Part shown: one piece after another, positions 9,533 to 22,499 of the stretch | Position numbering within the stretch: position 1 is the first letter of the stretch | Layout of the letters: every line of letters begins with the position of its first letter | Assembly: GCA_965224245.1 (NCBI GenBank) | Contig: OZ245046.1 | Span: forward strand, 2,176,001 to 2,240,000 | DNA: 64,000 bases | Direction: 5' to 3' | DNA from: Candidatus Eiseniibacteriota bacterium | GTDB taxonomy: Bacteria; Eisenbacteria; RBG-16-71-46; CAZAMP01 | Program-made: the position numbers and the translations under genes | The notes under the pieces: model-generated | Told to the model about the DNA's origin: nothing | The model's database searches: none | Seen by the model: only the letters and a program-made list of their open reading frames with translations

Positions 9533-10120
9533 TCACTCTCCTTCGCGGTCCGCATCTTCGCGGCCTGCGTCCCCGCGGCCTGTGTCCCCGCGGCCTGCGT
9601 CCCCGCGGCCCGCGTCCTCGCGGCGCGCGTCGCGGGCGGCCTGGTTGATCGCCTCGCGGATCGCGGGATAGGCCCGCTTCAGGTGGCGTTCGATGATCGC
9701 GTAGGCGCGGCGGTAGTCGTTCACGTCCCCGCCGATCGGATCGAAGATCGTCAGATCCAGCGCGCCACCGGACTCCAGGTCGAGATTGTAGCCACCCAGG
9801 GGGTGCGTCTTGTGCTCGGCACCGGGCGCGATGCGGAGCACCTCGTAGATGTGATCGGCCTCCATCGTCAGCACGAGGTCCGCGCGTTCGATGAGGTCGC
9901 GATGCAAGAGCCGCGCACGGTGACCGGACGTGTCGATGCCGTTCTCGGCCGCCACGCTCACGCCCAGCGGCGAGGCCGGGGCACCGTCGTTCGCGTACGT
10001 GCCCGACGAGGACACCTCGACCCCGGTGACCATGTCGCGCTCCAGCCACCACCGCAGCATCCCCTCGGCGAGCGGACTTCGGCAGACGTTGCCGGTGCAG
10101 ATGAACAGGACGTGAAACAT
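9533..10120 (-). CDS. Low-molecular-weight protein arginine/tyrosine phosphatase (YwlE/PtpB-like)
   Basis: P-loop CTGNVCRS, ADLVLTM and IFDPIGG motifs. Confidence 0.9.
   Translation of the reverse strand: MFHVLFICTGNVCRSPLAEGMLRWWLERDMVTGVEVSSSGTYANDGAPASPLGVSVAAENGIDTSGHRARLLHRDLIERADLVLTMEADHIYEVLRIAPGAEHKTHPLGGYNLDLESGGALDLTIFDPIGGDVNDYRRAYAIIERHLKRAYPAIREAINQAARDARREDAGRGDAGRGDTGRGDAGREDADREGE
9545..9619 (-). repeat. Five tandem 15-bp units encoding (E/G)D(A/T)(G/D)R at the phosphatase C-terminus
   Basis: + strand units gcggtccgcatcttc, gcggcctgcgtcccc, gcggcctgtgtcccc, gcggcctgcgtcccc, gcggcccgcgtcctc. Confidence 0.85.
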
Positions 10121-10231
10121 CGATGTCCTCCCCGCCTGGCGCTCAGCCCGGCGGCGATTTGCGAACGTCGGTCGTCGTCGAAATCAGGCGCGGAGCCGGA
10201 CCGCGTCCGCGGCGCGAGCCCCTCCCCGGCC

Positions 10232-10714
10232 TCAGACTCGCTGCCCGTCGGCCATGCGCGCCTTCAGCGCCGCGAGCCGGTCGGCGAGCGCCGCGTCGGA
10301 CAGGGCCAGGATCTGGGCGGCGAGGATGCCCGCGTTCTTCGCCCCGGCCTTTCCGATCGCGACCGTGGCCACCGGCACCCCGGGCGGCATCTGCGCGATC
10401 GACAGGAGCGAGTCCATGCCGGACAGCGGGGATCCGTCGATCGGAACGCCGATCACGGGCAACGTCGTCAGCGCGGCCACCGCCCCCGGCAGCGCGGCCG
10501 CCATGCCCGCCCCCGCCACGAAGACCCGGATGCCGCGATCCGGAGCGCCCCGCACGAATTCGGTGACCTTATCCGGTGTCCGATGGGCAGATGCAACGAG
10601 CATCTCATGCCCGATCTCCAGCGATTCGAGGATGGCGGCGGTCGCCTCCATCGTGGTCCGGTCGGACTCCGATCCGAACACGATGGCGACCTTCGGGGAA
10701 CGAGATGTGGACAT
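10232..10714 (-). CDS. purE: N5-carboxyaminoimidazole ribonucleotide mutase
   Basis: GSESD, ASAHRTP, AGAGMAAALPG, PVIGVP and QMPPGVPVATV motifs. Confidence 0.95.
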   Translation of the reverse strand: MSTSRSPKVAIVFGSESDRTTMEATAAILESLEIGHEMLVASAHRTPDKVTEFVRGAPDRGIRVFVAGAGMAAALPGAVAALTTLPVIGVPIDGSPLSGMDSLLSIAQMPPGVPVATVAIGKAGAKNAGILAAQILALSDAALADRLAALKARMADGQRV

Positions 10715-10759
10715 GGATCTTCCGTTGGAAAGGGCCGGCGTCGAGTTGGCGAACGCGTG

Positions 10760-10788
10760 AGTCTAGGAGCCGTCCGGACCGAAAGCAA
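10760..10788 (-). promoter_or_regulatory. Candidate sigma70 promoter for purE-ptp-glyA
   Basis: TTGCTT-N17-TAGACT on the minus strand in the larA-purE intergenic region. Confidence 0.55.
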
Positions 10789-10814
10789 GCGCCCCGGCCA
10801 CCACCCCGGCCGAG

Positions 10815-12104
10815 TCAGCTTCGCCGGGGATCGATCACGTAGCGCGTCGAGAGCGGCGATCGGAGCACGTAGCCGACGGCTCCGGGCGGGAGCCCGTCGG
10901 CGATCGAGCCCAGCGCGTCCGCCAGCGTGACCTCGCGACGCACCCCGATGCGCCGGCACACGTCGGCGGGGAGCTCGGTGACGAGACGGACGTCCAGACG
11001 TTCGGCCTGCCGCCGCCACGACAGCGCGGTGTGCGCGTTCAGGGTGTACTCGGCACGCATCGCCTCGGCGATCTCGCTCACGGACCGCCCGTCGAACCAG
11101 CGGAGGAACGTCTCCGACCCGATCCCCTCCGGACACGCCGCGACCAGGATCAGGCGCGCGCCATCCTCCAGCACCGGCGCCAGATGAACCAGGGCCTTGT
11201 GGGTCTGCACGAGATCGATGTCTCGCGGGTGGCCGCCAGCGTCCGCCACGACGACGGTCGCGCAGGCCGCGAGGTGCGTGGCGTGGACCCGCGCGTAGTC
11301 GTCGCAAGCGCGCGCGTGGGATTCGACCAGATCCCCGCAGCGGACGTCCTCGATGCCACCGGTGGCGTCGGTGAGCACGTGCACGCCGAACACCGGCACC
11401 GGCAACAGCGCGGCCGCCTCCAGCGCGTCCAGGTGGATCGGATTGCCGGCGAGCCTTCCGGGCGCGCAGGCCGCGGCGAGGCTCTCGCCGCTCGACTCCG
11501 AGAGGATCAGGCGGTGGTTCTGGCGAATGGACTCGTAGCCGCCGAGTCCGGGAAAGATGGCCTTCCGTCCGCCCGAGAACCCGGCGAAGTAGTGATAGGA
11601 GACGCCGCCCACCGCGACGATCCGATCCTGCTCCGGAAGCTCCCGGTGAAGCGTCACGTCGGTCCCTCGCGAGGTGCGCCCCATCGGGACGAGGGACGCC
11701 GGATCGCGCGCGTCGTGCAGCCGGATGCTCGCGCGGGCCGCAAACGCCGCCGGCAGATGATCGGTGACGACCGAGGCGTCCCCCGGACGATGCGTGCCGC
11801 CGCCGACGAAGATCGTGACCTGCGCGTCCGGGACGACCCGGTCCAGCGCGTGCGCGAGCGCGGGAAGGACGCGCTCGAGACCGGCCGGTCGTGTCCGGTC
11901 GGGCACGACGACACCGACGCGCGAGGCTCCGGCCAGGAAGCGGTCGAGCGGCTCGGCGCCCTCGGGTGACGCGAATCGCGCGAGGGGATCGACGGGCCCC
12001 CTCCCGCCGGCCGGCGGGTCGGGCACCGGCCGCCAGTCGATCCCCGGGGGCAGCTCGGCGTGGAGAACGGACGCGCCGTAGCGGAGCGTCGCCGGCGCGC
12101 TCAC
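10815..12104 (-). CDS. LarA-family nickel-pincer-dependent racemase/epimerase
   Basis: PDRTRP, GGGTHR, HYFAGFSGGRKAIFPG (cofactor-binding Lys), QNH and AACPEGIG motifs. GTG start overlaps the purD stop (GTGA). Confidence 0.85.
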   Translation of the reverse strand: MSAPATLRYGASVLHAELPPGIDWRPVPDPPAGGRGPVDPLARFASPEGAEPLDRFLAGASRVGVVVPDRTRPAGLERVLPALAHALDRVVPDAQVTIFVGGGTHRPGDASVVTDHLPAAFAARASIRLHDARDPASLVPMGRTSRGTDVTLHRELPEQDRIVAVGGVSYHYFAGFSGGRKAIFPGLGGYESIRQNHRLILSESSGESLAAACAPGRLAGNPIHLDALEAAALLPVPVFGVHVLTDATGGIEDVRCGDLVESHARACDDYARVHATHLAACATVVVADAGGHPRDIDLVQTHKALVHLAPVLEDGARLILVAACPEGIGSETFLRWFDGRSVSEIAEAMRAEYTLNAHTALSWRRQAERLDVRLVTELPADVCRRIGVRREVTLADALGSIADGLPPGAVGYVLRSPLSTRYVIDPRRS

Positions 12105-13372
12105 ACGGCCTCGAGCGCCTTGGCGGCGATGTCGCGCCGGGCGTGCTTGCCGGCGAAGGCGATCCGGTCGGCCGCGTCGTAGGCGCGATCGCGGGCCGCC
12201 TCGATCGTGGGGCCCAGCGCGGTCACCGCCAGCACACGACCGCCCGCCGTGGAGAGCACTCCGTCCGATCCGCGAGCGGTGCCGGCATGAAACACGAGGA
12301 CGTCGTCCGCGGCCACCGCCTCGTGGCCGGAGATCGGAACGCCGGTCTCGTACGATCCGGGATAGCCGCCGGACGCGAGCACCACCGACACCGCGGCGCC
12401 GTCGCGGGCCACGCGGGCCGTCGGATCCAGCTCGCCGCGGGCCGCCGACATCAGGAGCCCCAGCGCCCCATCGGCGTGGAGCGGCAGCACGACCTCGGTC
12501 TCGGGATCGCCGAAGCGGCAGTTGAACTCGACGACACGCGGTCCGTCGTCGGTGACCATGAGACCGGCGTAGAGACAGCCCTGCATCGGAAAGCCCTCGG
12601 CCGCCATGCCCGCGATCGTCGGCTCCAGGATGCGGCGGCGGACCTCGGACTCGAACGTCGCGTCCGTGCGGTGCCACGGCGCGTAGGCGCCCATGCCACC
12701 GGTGTTGGGGCCACGATCCCCGTCGAACACCGGCTTGTGATCCTGAGACGGCGTCCAGGACACGATGCGGTGGCCGTCGGTGATGCCGAACACGCTCACC
12801 TCTTCACCGACCAGGCACTCCTCGATCAGCACCCGGCGTCCCGCATCGCCGAACACGCCGCCGTCCAGCATCGAGGTGAGGGCCGTCTCGGCCGTCCGGC
12901 GATCGTGACACACCACGACGCCCTTTCCCGCGGCCAGTCCGTCGGCCTTGATCACGCAGGGCAGGCCCACCTCGTCCAGATGCGCGAGCGCCGGACCCAG
13001 TGCGTCGAACGAGGCGAACCGGGCCCCGGGGATGCCGTGACGGACCATGAACTCGCGCGCGAAGCGCTTGCTCGACTCCATCCGCGCGGCCGCCCTCGAG
13101 GGACCGAACACGGCGAATCCGTCGGCCCGCACGCGATCGGCGACCCCGGCGGCCAGCGGCGCCTCGGGGCCGATCAGGACCATGTCGGCTCCGACGTCGC
13201 CGGCCACCTCGGAGACACGATCCGCGTCGGTGGGCGCTCCGGTCCGACAGTCACCGATCGCGGCCAGGCCGGGATTCCCCGGCATCGAGACCACCCTGGC
13301 ACCGTCCCTCGCGCACGCCCATCCGAGGGCGTGCTCGCGGGCCCCGCTCCCGACGATCAACACGGTGTGCAT
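12101..13372 (-). CDS. purD: Phosphoribosylamine--glycine ligase
   Basis: GSGAREHAL, KADGLAAGKGV, GPNTGGMGAY and EFNCRFGDPE motifs. Confidence 0.95.
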   Translation of the reverse strand: MHTVLIVGSGAREHALGWACARDGARVVSMPGNPGLAAIGDCRTGAPTDADRVSEVAGDVGADMVLIGPEAPLAAGVADRVRADGFAVFGPSRAAARMESSKRFAREFMVRHGIPGARFASFDALGPALAHLDEVGLPCVIKADGLAAGKGVVVCHDRRTAETALTSMLDGGVFGDAGRRVLIEECLVGEEVSVFGITDGHRIVSWTPSQDHKPVFDGDRGPNTGGMGAYAPWHRTDATFESEVRRRILEPTIAGMAAEGFPMQGCLYAGLMVTDDGPRVVEFNCRFGDPETEVVLPLHADGALGLLMSAARGELDPTARVARDGAAVSVVLASGGYPGSYETGVPISGHEAVAADDVLVFHAGTARGSDGVLSTAGGRVLAVTALGPTIEAARDRAYDAADRIAFAGKHARRDIAAKALEAV

Positions 13373-13425
13373 GTCCGGGCCCCCGCCGGTCCCGATCGCC
13401 GGACGCGCCGCGACCGGGTCCGGTG

Positions 13426-13608
13426 TCACTCGAGCCGCTCGGCTCGAAACCACTCCAGCGCCGACCCGTCGCTCTGGAACGCGATCTGGATCGGCCGACA
13501 GCATACCTCGCAGTCCTCGACGTACTCGGCGCGCCCCTCGCCGAGATCGAGGACCATCGAGATCGTCTCCCAGCAGCTCGGGCATCGAAAGGCGTGCTCG
13601 ACGGTCAC
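13426..13608 (-). CDS. Small CPXCG-motif cysteine-rich (zinc-binding) protein
   Basis: CPSCWE...YVEDCEVCCRP; GTG overlaps the uvrD stop. Confidence 0.8.
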   Translation of the reverse strand: MTVEHAFRCPSCWETISMVLDLGEGRAEYVEDCEVCCRPIQIAFQSDGSALEWFRAERLE

Positions 13609-15893
13609 GCCCCGGTGTCGTCCTCGGCGTCGAGGAACTTCGCGACGATCTTGCGCGTCATCTGCCCCATGAATCGCACCTCGCACTTCGCGCTCTCGCC
13701 GGTCCCGTCCTGCTTCAGGACGACCCCGCGGCCGTACTTCGCGTGCCACACGATTCGCCCCTCGAGGCCGGGCTGAACCCGATCGTCGTTCACGTCGATC
13801 GACGGCTCCTCGTACGTGACCGGCACCGACGCGGACGCCGGCGGGCGATGGCGCCGCACCGCGCCGTGCGCGGTGTCCGATGCGCCGGAGCCGCCCGTGA
13901 ACGGCGTGGTGCGCCGGGCGCGCTTCACCCGCGCCGAGAAGCGTCCGCTGGACAGCCCGAGCCCGAACGGGTCCTGTTTGCGCAGGAGGGTCTCGGGAAT
14001 CTCGTCCACGAAGCGCGAGGGCGTGGCCGCTTCGAACCGGTTCATCCGGCGGCGTTCGATGGCCGCACTGACGAAGGCCTGGTGCCTGGCCCGGGTGAGC
14101 GCGACGTAGAACAGTCGGCGCTCTTCCTCGACGTCCTCGGGCGAATCGAGCGACGAGCCGTGTGGAAACAGCCCCTCTTCGAGGCCCGCCACGAACACGA
14201 CGTCAAACTCGAGGCCCTTCGCGTTGTGCACGGTCATCAGGGTCAGGCAGTCCTCGCCGGGATCCCAGGCGTCCAGATCGGTGCGGAGCGCGGACTCCTC
14301 CAGGTACGCGCGGAAGCCCGGCGTCTCGGCCCGGAGCGCGAAGTGCTCGGCGCTGGAGACCAGCTCCTCGACGTGCTCGCGGCGTGAGGCCGACTCGGCC
14401 CCCTGGTCCACGAGTCCCTCCCAAAGGCCGCTCTCGCGCACGACGAACTCCAGGACCTCGTTCGCCGCGACGGTCTCGTCGAAGGCCTGGATCCGGGAGA
14501 TCAGGTCGCCGAAGCGGCGGAGCTCCTCGGCGGCCTTCCCGCTGACCGACGCGGCCACCGGCGCCTCGACGCACGCCCGGACGATGTCACCTTCGAAAGC
14601 CGCGGCCTCCCGGAGCACGCGCTCCAGCGAGACCTTGCCGATGCCGCGCCTGGGAACCCCCACCGCCCGCTCGAACGCGATCGCGTCCAGCGGATTGGCC
14701 GCGAGCTTGAGGTAGGCGATCACGTCCTTGACCTCGCGACGCTGGAAGAACGCCACTCCGCCCACGATGCGATACGGGATGCGGTGGCGCAGGCACACCT
14801 CTTCGAGCGGCCGGGACTGGGCGTTGGTGCGGTAGAGCACCGCGATGTCCCAGTACGAGACGTTCTCGTGCCGGTTGAGCTCGCGCGCCTTGCGAATGAC
14901 CTCCTCGGCCTCGCGCTCCTCATCGGGGGCGACGGTCAGGGTGACCAGATCGCCCGCCGGGTTCTCGGTCCAGAGCGTCTTGGGCTTTCGTCCCTCGTTG
15001 TGCGCCACGACCGCGTTGGCCGCGGAGAGGATGTTGCCGGTCGAGCGGTAGTTCTGCTCGAGCCGGAGCACGGTGGCGTCGGGGTACACCGACTCGAAGT
15101 CGAGGATGTTGGTGATGTCAGCGCCGCGCCATCCGTAGATGGACTGATCGTCGTCGCCCACCACGGTCAGGTTGCGGTGGTGGCTCGCCAGGGCGCTCGT
15201 GAGCTCGAACTGGACCTTGTTCGTGTCCTGGTACTCGTCCACCAGAACGTACCGGAAGCGGCGCGCGAACGCCTCCCCCACCTCGTCGACCTCGGTCAAC
15301 AGGCGGAGCGCCCGCACCAGGAGGTCGTCGAAGTCGAGCGCGCCCTTCTCTGCGAGCTCGGACTCGTACGCGGCGTACAGGTCGGCCAGGAGATCGTCCC
15401 AGCGCGTCTGGGCCGACGCGCGGAGCTCGGCCGGCGTCACCAGCGATCCCTTGGCCGACGAGATGCGCTCCAGCACCGCCCGCGGCCGGAACTCCTGATC
15501 GCTGAGGTTGTGCGCCCGGACGACGCGCTTGACCACGGTGATCGAGTCGTCGCGATCGTAGATCGAGAAGCCACGGCGGAGCCCGGCCGCCTCGGCGTGC
15601 TGCCGGAGGATGCGCACGCAGGTCGCGTGGAACGTGCCGATCCACAGGCCGGTGGTGGCGCCGCCGAGGAGCCGCGCGATGCGCTCGGCCATCTCCGAGG
15701 CCGCCTTGTTCGTGAACGTGAACGCGAGGATCGCGTGACGGGGAACGGATCGATTCTCGATGAGATGCGCGACCTTGTGCGTGAGCACCCGCGTTTTGCC
15801 GCTGCCGGCGCCAGCGAGGATCAGGAGCGGCCCCTCGGCCGTCTCCACGGCGCGGCGCTGGACGTCGTTCAGCGTGGACAGCTCGATCGTCAT
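13605..15893 (-). CDS. uvrD: ATP-dependent DNA helicase UvrD/PcrA
   Basis: LAGAGSGKT, VDEYQDTN, LEQNYRS, AKGLEF and EERRLFYVALTRA motifs, plus C-terminal Tudor-like HAKYGRG. Confidence 0.95.
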   Translation of the reverse strand: MTIELSTLNDVQRRAVETAEGPLLILAGAGSGKTRVLTHKVAHLIENRSVPRHAILAFTFTNKAASEMAERIARLLGGATTGLWIGTFHATCVRILRQHAEAAGLRRGFSIYDRDDSITVVKRVVRAHNLSDQEFRPRAVLERISSAKGSLVTPAELRASAQTRWDDLLADLYAAYESELAEKGALDFDDLLVRALRLLTEVDEVGEAFARRFRYVLVDEYQDTNKVQFELTSALASHHRNLTVVGDDDQSIYGWRGADITNILDFESVYPDATVLRLEQNYRSTGNILSAANAVVAHNEGRKPKTLWTENPAGDLVTLTVAPDEEREAEEVIRKARELNRHENVSYWDIAVLYRTNAQSRPLEEVCLRHRIPYRIVGGVAFFQRREVKDVIAYLKLAANPLDAIAFERAVGVPRRGIGKVSLERVLREAAAFEGDIVRACVEAPVAASVSGKAAEELRRFGDLISRIQAFDETVAANEVLEFVVRESGLWEGLVDQGAESASRREHVEELVSSAEHFALRAETPGFRAYLEESALRTDLDAWDPGEDCLTLMTVHNAKGLEFDVVFVAGLEEGLFPHGSSLDSPEDVEEERRLFYVALTRARHQAFVSAAIERRRMNRFEAATPSRFVDEIPETLLRKQDPFGLGLSSGRFSARVKRARRTTPFTGGSGASDTAHGAVRRHRPPASASVPVTYEEPSIDVNDDRVQPGLEGRIVWHAKYGRGVVLKQDGTGESAKCEVRFMGQMTRKIVAKFLDAEDDTGA

Positions 15894-15980
15894 CGGGAGA
15901 ACGCTCCGGTGCGCGGGGGTCGGGACGACGGGATCGGCGACACGAGAGGGGCCGGATGGCGGGACATCAATGCTCCGGGG

Positions 15981-18900
15981 TCAGTACTCGAAGTTGAGAC
16001 GAAGATCCAGATTGTAGCGCCCGCCGACGTCGCCCGACGTCCCGACCTCTTCACGGAGGACACCGCCGGACAGCACGACGATGCGCGACAGACGCGCCTC
16101 GATCGAGAGCTCTTGATCGGGATTGCGCGAGACGCCGGTAGTATAGCCAATGGTCAGTTCGTCGCTAAGGCTTTTGACGATTCGGAACTGCCGCGCCTCC
16201 TCGCCCGTGATGACCTCGACGTAGTCGACGTACGGAAACAGATAGGCGAGGTCCTGCGTCAGGAGCTTCAGCAGAATGTCCGCGGTGGGCTCGAGTCCGC
16301 CGGCCGCGTCGCCGCTGCCCACGTAGCGACCGATGGTCAGGTACTCGATGATCTCGGACTGGCTCAGCCCCAGATCGTCGGGCTCGGTGCGGAGCTCGAT
16401 CACCGGTTCCTGGAGCGTGCCCGTCACCCTCGCGATGATCTTCGTGTTGACCGCGTCGTAGCCGCGTTCGCGGGCGTACGCGCCCCCCAGCTTCGTCTCG
16501 GCCTCGATGTCCAGCTCGGGGTTCACGCCGTCCAGCTCCAGGAAGTTGAGCTCGCCACGCGTGATGCGGAACTGGTTGCCGTACACGGTCGCGCTGCCCT
16601 CGAGCACGTGGAGCTGTCCGCCCAGACGGAGGGCCTCGGGATAGTTGCGCACCTGCAGCTCGCCATCACCCATCAGGATGTTCGTCGAGGTCCGAAGCTC
16701 GTTCGTGTTCACGTAGATGCGCCCGACCTCCACGTCGATGTCGTAGAGCGCGGGGATCTCATCGGGCGTGATCTCGCGCCGGACGGGCGTCCACTGGAAG
16801 ATCTCCGCCTGGCGAAGCTGCGCGATGCCGTCCACCCGGGGCAGGAGCCGCCCCGCGGTCAGCGAATCGGGGCTCACGTTGAGGACCCCGTCCACGAGAC
16901 CCACCATGCCGCCCTCGACGAACGAGAAGTCGGTCACGTCCACCTGGAACCGGTACTCCGAGGGCGAGCGAAAGCGCCCGGTGGCGCGCACGACGCCATC
17001 CCGGCCCGCGTAGCCCACGGCCTCGCTCACGAGGAGCCCCGAGCTGGCCAGGTTGATCGTCGCGGTCACGTCACGGATCGTCTCGGTCCGGCCGAACCAG
17101 CGGGCCTCACCCCCCGCGAGAAGGAACCGTCCCTCGGCGTCGGGCTGCCCGGGCGTGCCCTCGATCGTGCCCGATCCCGTGAGCGTCCCCTTGGCCACGA
17201 TGAGCTCCGGGAACACGAACGACAGCAGCCATGCCGGAGATTCGGCCAGATCGATCGACACGAGCATCGGGCGATCCAGGAGCGCCACACGGCCCGCGGC
17301 CAGGTCCACCGAGCAGGGCAGGAAGCCCGAGACCTGGGCGTGGCGGCCATCGGCGGTGACGTCGCAGCGGCTGATGGTCAGAAGGTTGTCGTCGTACACG
17401 CCGGCCAGCGTCGTGGCCTCGATCATCAGGTCGTCACCGACCCCGAGGGGTCCGGTGTCCAGCTCGGCGCGCATGGTCGGGTCGGACAGCGGACCGGTCA
17501 CCGACAGCCACCCCGAGGCACGGCCCGCGACGTCACGCCAGAGATCGAGCGAGCGCTCGATCACGACGATCTCTCCCTCGTCGGGCTCGGGCTCGACGAC
17601 CTCGGGCCGGACCAGGGCGCGTACCCGCCCCGGAAGACGCGTGTCCAGCCCGGTCCCCTCGATCTCGAGCGACACGCGGGTGTCCGGACGCACGAGGGCG
17701 CCGCGGGGATCGGGCGAGAAGAGCCCGCGGACCGGGCTCGACTCCGCGTGCAGCACGCCGTGACCGGCGAGCCGCCCGTCCCCGATCGTCACCGTGGCCG
17801 ACGACACGCGGAGCGAGTCGGCGGCGCCGTCCCATGCGACGCGGAGCTCGTCCAGGACGAGCTCGTCGAGCGCGACGTCACGAACCGTCGCCTCGCCGGA
17901 GAACCGCGGCGTCTCGGGATCGTCGACGTAGACCAGCGACACGTCGGCGGGCGCTCCCGACGCCCCCGGCAACGTCGGCAGGGTGACCACGTCCAGGAGC
18001 GGCACCCCCCGGGCGTCGACGTCGATCCGCGGCGATCGCCCGTCCGGCTCGGTCCGGATGCGAAGATCCACGGCCCCTCCCGCCAGCACCAGGTGCGCCG
18101 GTCCCAGCGACCAGGCCCCGTTCGAGCCGATCGCCAGCGGCGCGGGCTCCCGGAGCGACGTCGTGGCGAACGGCAGCGTCCCCTCGAACGCGAGGACCTG
18201 CCCGGACAGGCCCTCCGGCACGGCCACCAGGCGACCTCGGGCCGTGAACGTCGAGTCGCTCCGGACGAGCCGGACCGTGTGTACGTCGATCGTGTCCGAG
18301 ACGGATGCCCGCCCCTCGAGCGACTCGAACGTCCACGCGGAGAGGTGGCCCGACTCCGCCTGAAACGACAGCTCCGCATCGAAGGGCACGAGACGGCCGG
18401 CGACGTCGGGCACGACCACCCGCTCCAGACCGAGACTCCCGAACGCGAAGCCCTGGACGAGCGCCTCGCCGGCGAACGACGGGGTGAGCACGTCGCCGGT
18501 GATGGTGCCCCCGAACGTGGCATACCCCGACAGCTCGTCGGAGCGGGTGAGCGGCGCGAAGAGCGCGAGCGGCACGCGCACGCCGGCCACCGCGACGTCA
18601 CACGTGCGCTCGGGCAGGATGTCGCCCGAGGCCCGCCAGCGCGCACCCGCCTGACGCACGGCCATCGACTCGATGCGCACCGTGTCGCCCGGAATCAGGG
18701 TGAGCTCGGCTTCGAGGGAATCGAACGGCACCCCCAGGTACGTCGACGGCCCCAGCGCGGCGCGCACGTTCATCGTGGGGAACGGTGCCTCGTAGTCCAC
18801 GCCCTCCAGTCGCACGTGTCCGTTGAATCGATGCTCGTGCAGGACGACCAGCGTGTCCTGGATCGGCACGTCGGTCAGATCCACGTTCTCGATGTCGATC

Positions 18901-20020
18901 TCGGCCAGGTAGCCGAACGGGGGCTGGAGATCGATGTCCAGCGCCCCCGAGACGCGCGCACCCATCGCGTCGGCCGCCATGTCCGTGGACCAGAAGCGCT
19001 CGAGATTCACGTATCCGGAGCCGCGGAGCCGATCGATCGGGTCACCGTTCAGGACGCCCTCGAGATCCCAGGACAGCTGGGCCGCGCCGGGAACGCTGGC
19101 CACGGTCATCGTTCCCCGGAGCTGGCCCTCTCCCAGCACGTCCCCGAGCTCGACGATCTTCCACGCGTCGGCGGTCTCCACGTGACGCAGCTCGACCGAG
19201 AATCCGACGTCGAGCTCGCCGGCCACCGACACGTACCCGCGGCCCTCGAGGAGACTCTCGCCGATCTCGGCCCTCAGACCGCGGAACCGGATCCGGTCGT
19301 CGGCCAGCACCCCACGGCCGGTCAGCGTGCGCGGCTCCGCGTCGACCACCGGCACGCGGCCGCCGCTACGGGCGATGATCAGGTGGATCCCGCTCGCGTC
19401 GGTGAAGACGCGCCCGTCGAGCGCATAGCGGGACGTCAGCGAATCCACGCGACCCTCGGGGTTTCGCAGCGTCACCGTGGCCGCGGCGATGCTGAGGGAA
19501 TCGATCCCGTAGTCGCGCGGTCCCGGCCGCGAGACCGTCTTTCGCTCCGGGGCACGCCACGGCAACCGGAGTCCGCCGCCCTCGTTCTCGACCAGAGCGA
19601 CGTGGATCGAGTCGATCGCCAGCTCTCGCAGGCGAAGCTCGCCACGCAGTCCCCAGGTGACCGGGTAGCGCAGCCGGATCTCGTTGGCGGCGAGCACGGT
19701 GTCACCGCCGGCGTGCGTGAGCCGCACGTCTGCGAGGATGATCTCGTGCAGCGGGCTCCCGACGATGTCGCCGATCCGAATCGAATGCGCCTCGTCGAAC
19801 ACCTCGTCACTGAGCCTGACCGACACGTACCGCGCCAGGTACTCACTCTCGTACTTCCAGAAGAACGCGGCGAGGGCGATCGACAGGAGCAGCAGCGCCC
19901 CGAACACGATCGCCGAGAAGCGCAGGAGACGCAGGACGAAGATCAGCCCCGAGGCGCGCCGGCGTGCGGGGGGCTCGCCGACTGGATCGGCGGTCTTTTC
20001 GTCGTGGTCCGATGGCCCGG

Positions 20021-20024
<4 letters not shown>
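15981..20024 (-). CDS. tamB: Translocation/assembly module TamB-family protein
   Basis: N-terminal TM anchor, long repeated beta-taco-like region, DUF490-like C-terminus (NPELDIEAE...VTGTLQEP...LSQSEIIEYL) ending in FEY. TTG overlaps the stop of the Omp85 gene. Confidence 0.8.

Positions 20025-22499
<2,475 letters not shown>

Noticed and set aside
7878-9619. Short tandem repeats as CRISPR arrays
   Set aside because: Units are 15-18 bp, have no spacers, are in frame within CDSs, and no cas genes are present.
10232-10714. PurE-fold gene next to larA read as larB
   Set aside because: It has all canonical PurE motifs and length and lacks the LarB N-terminal extension.
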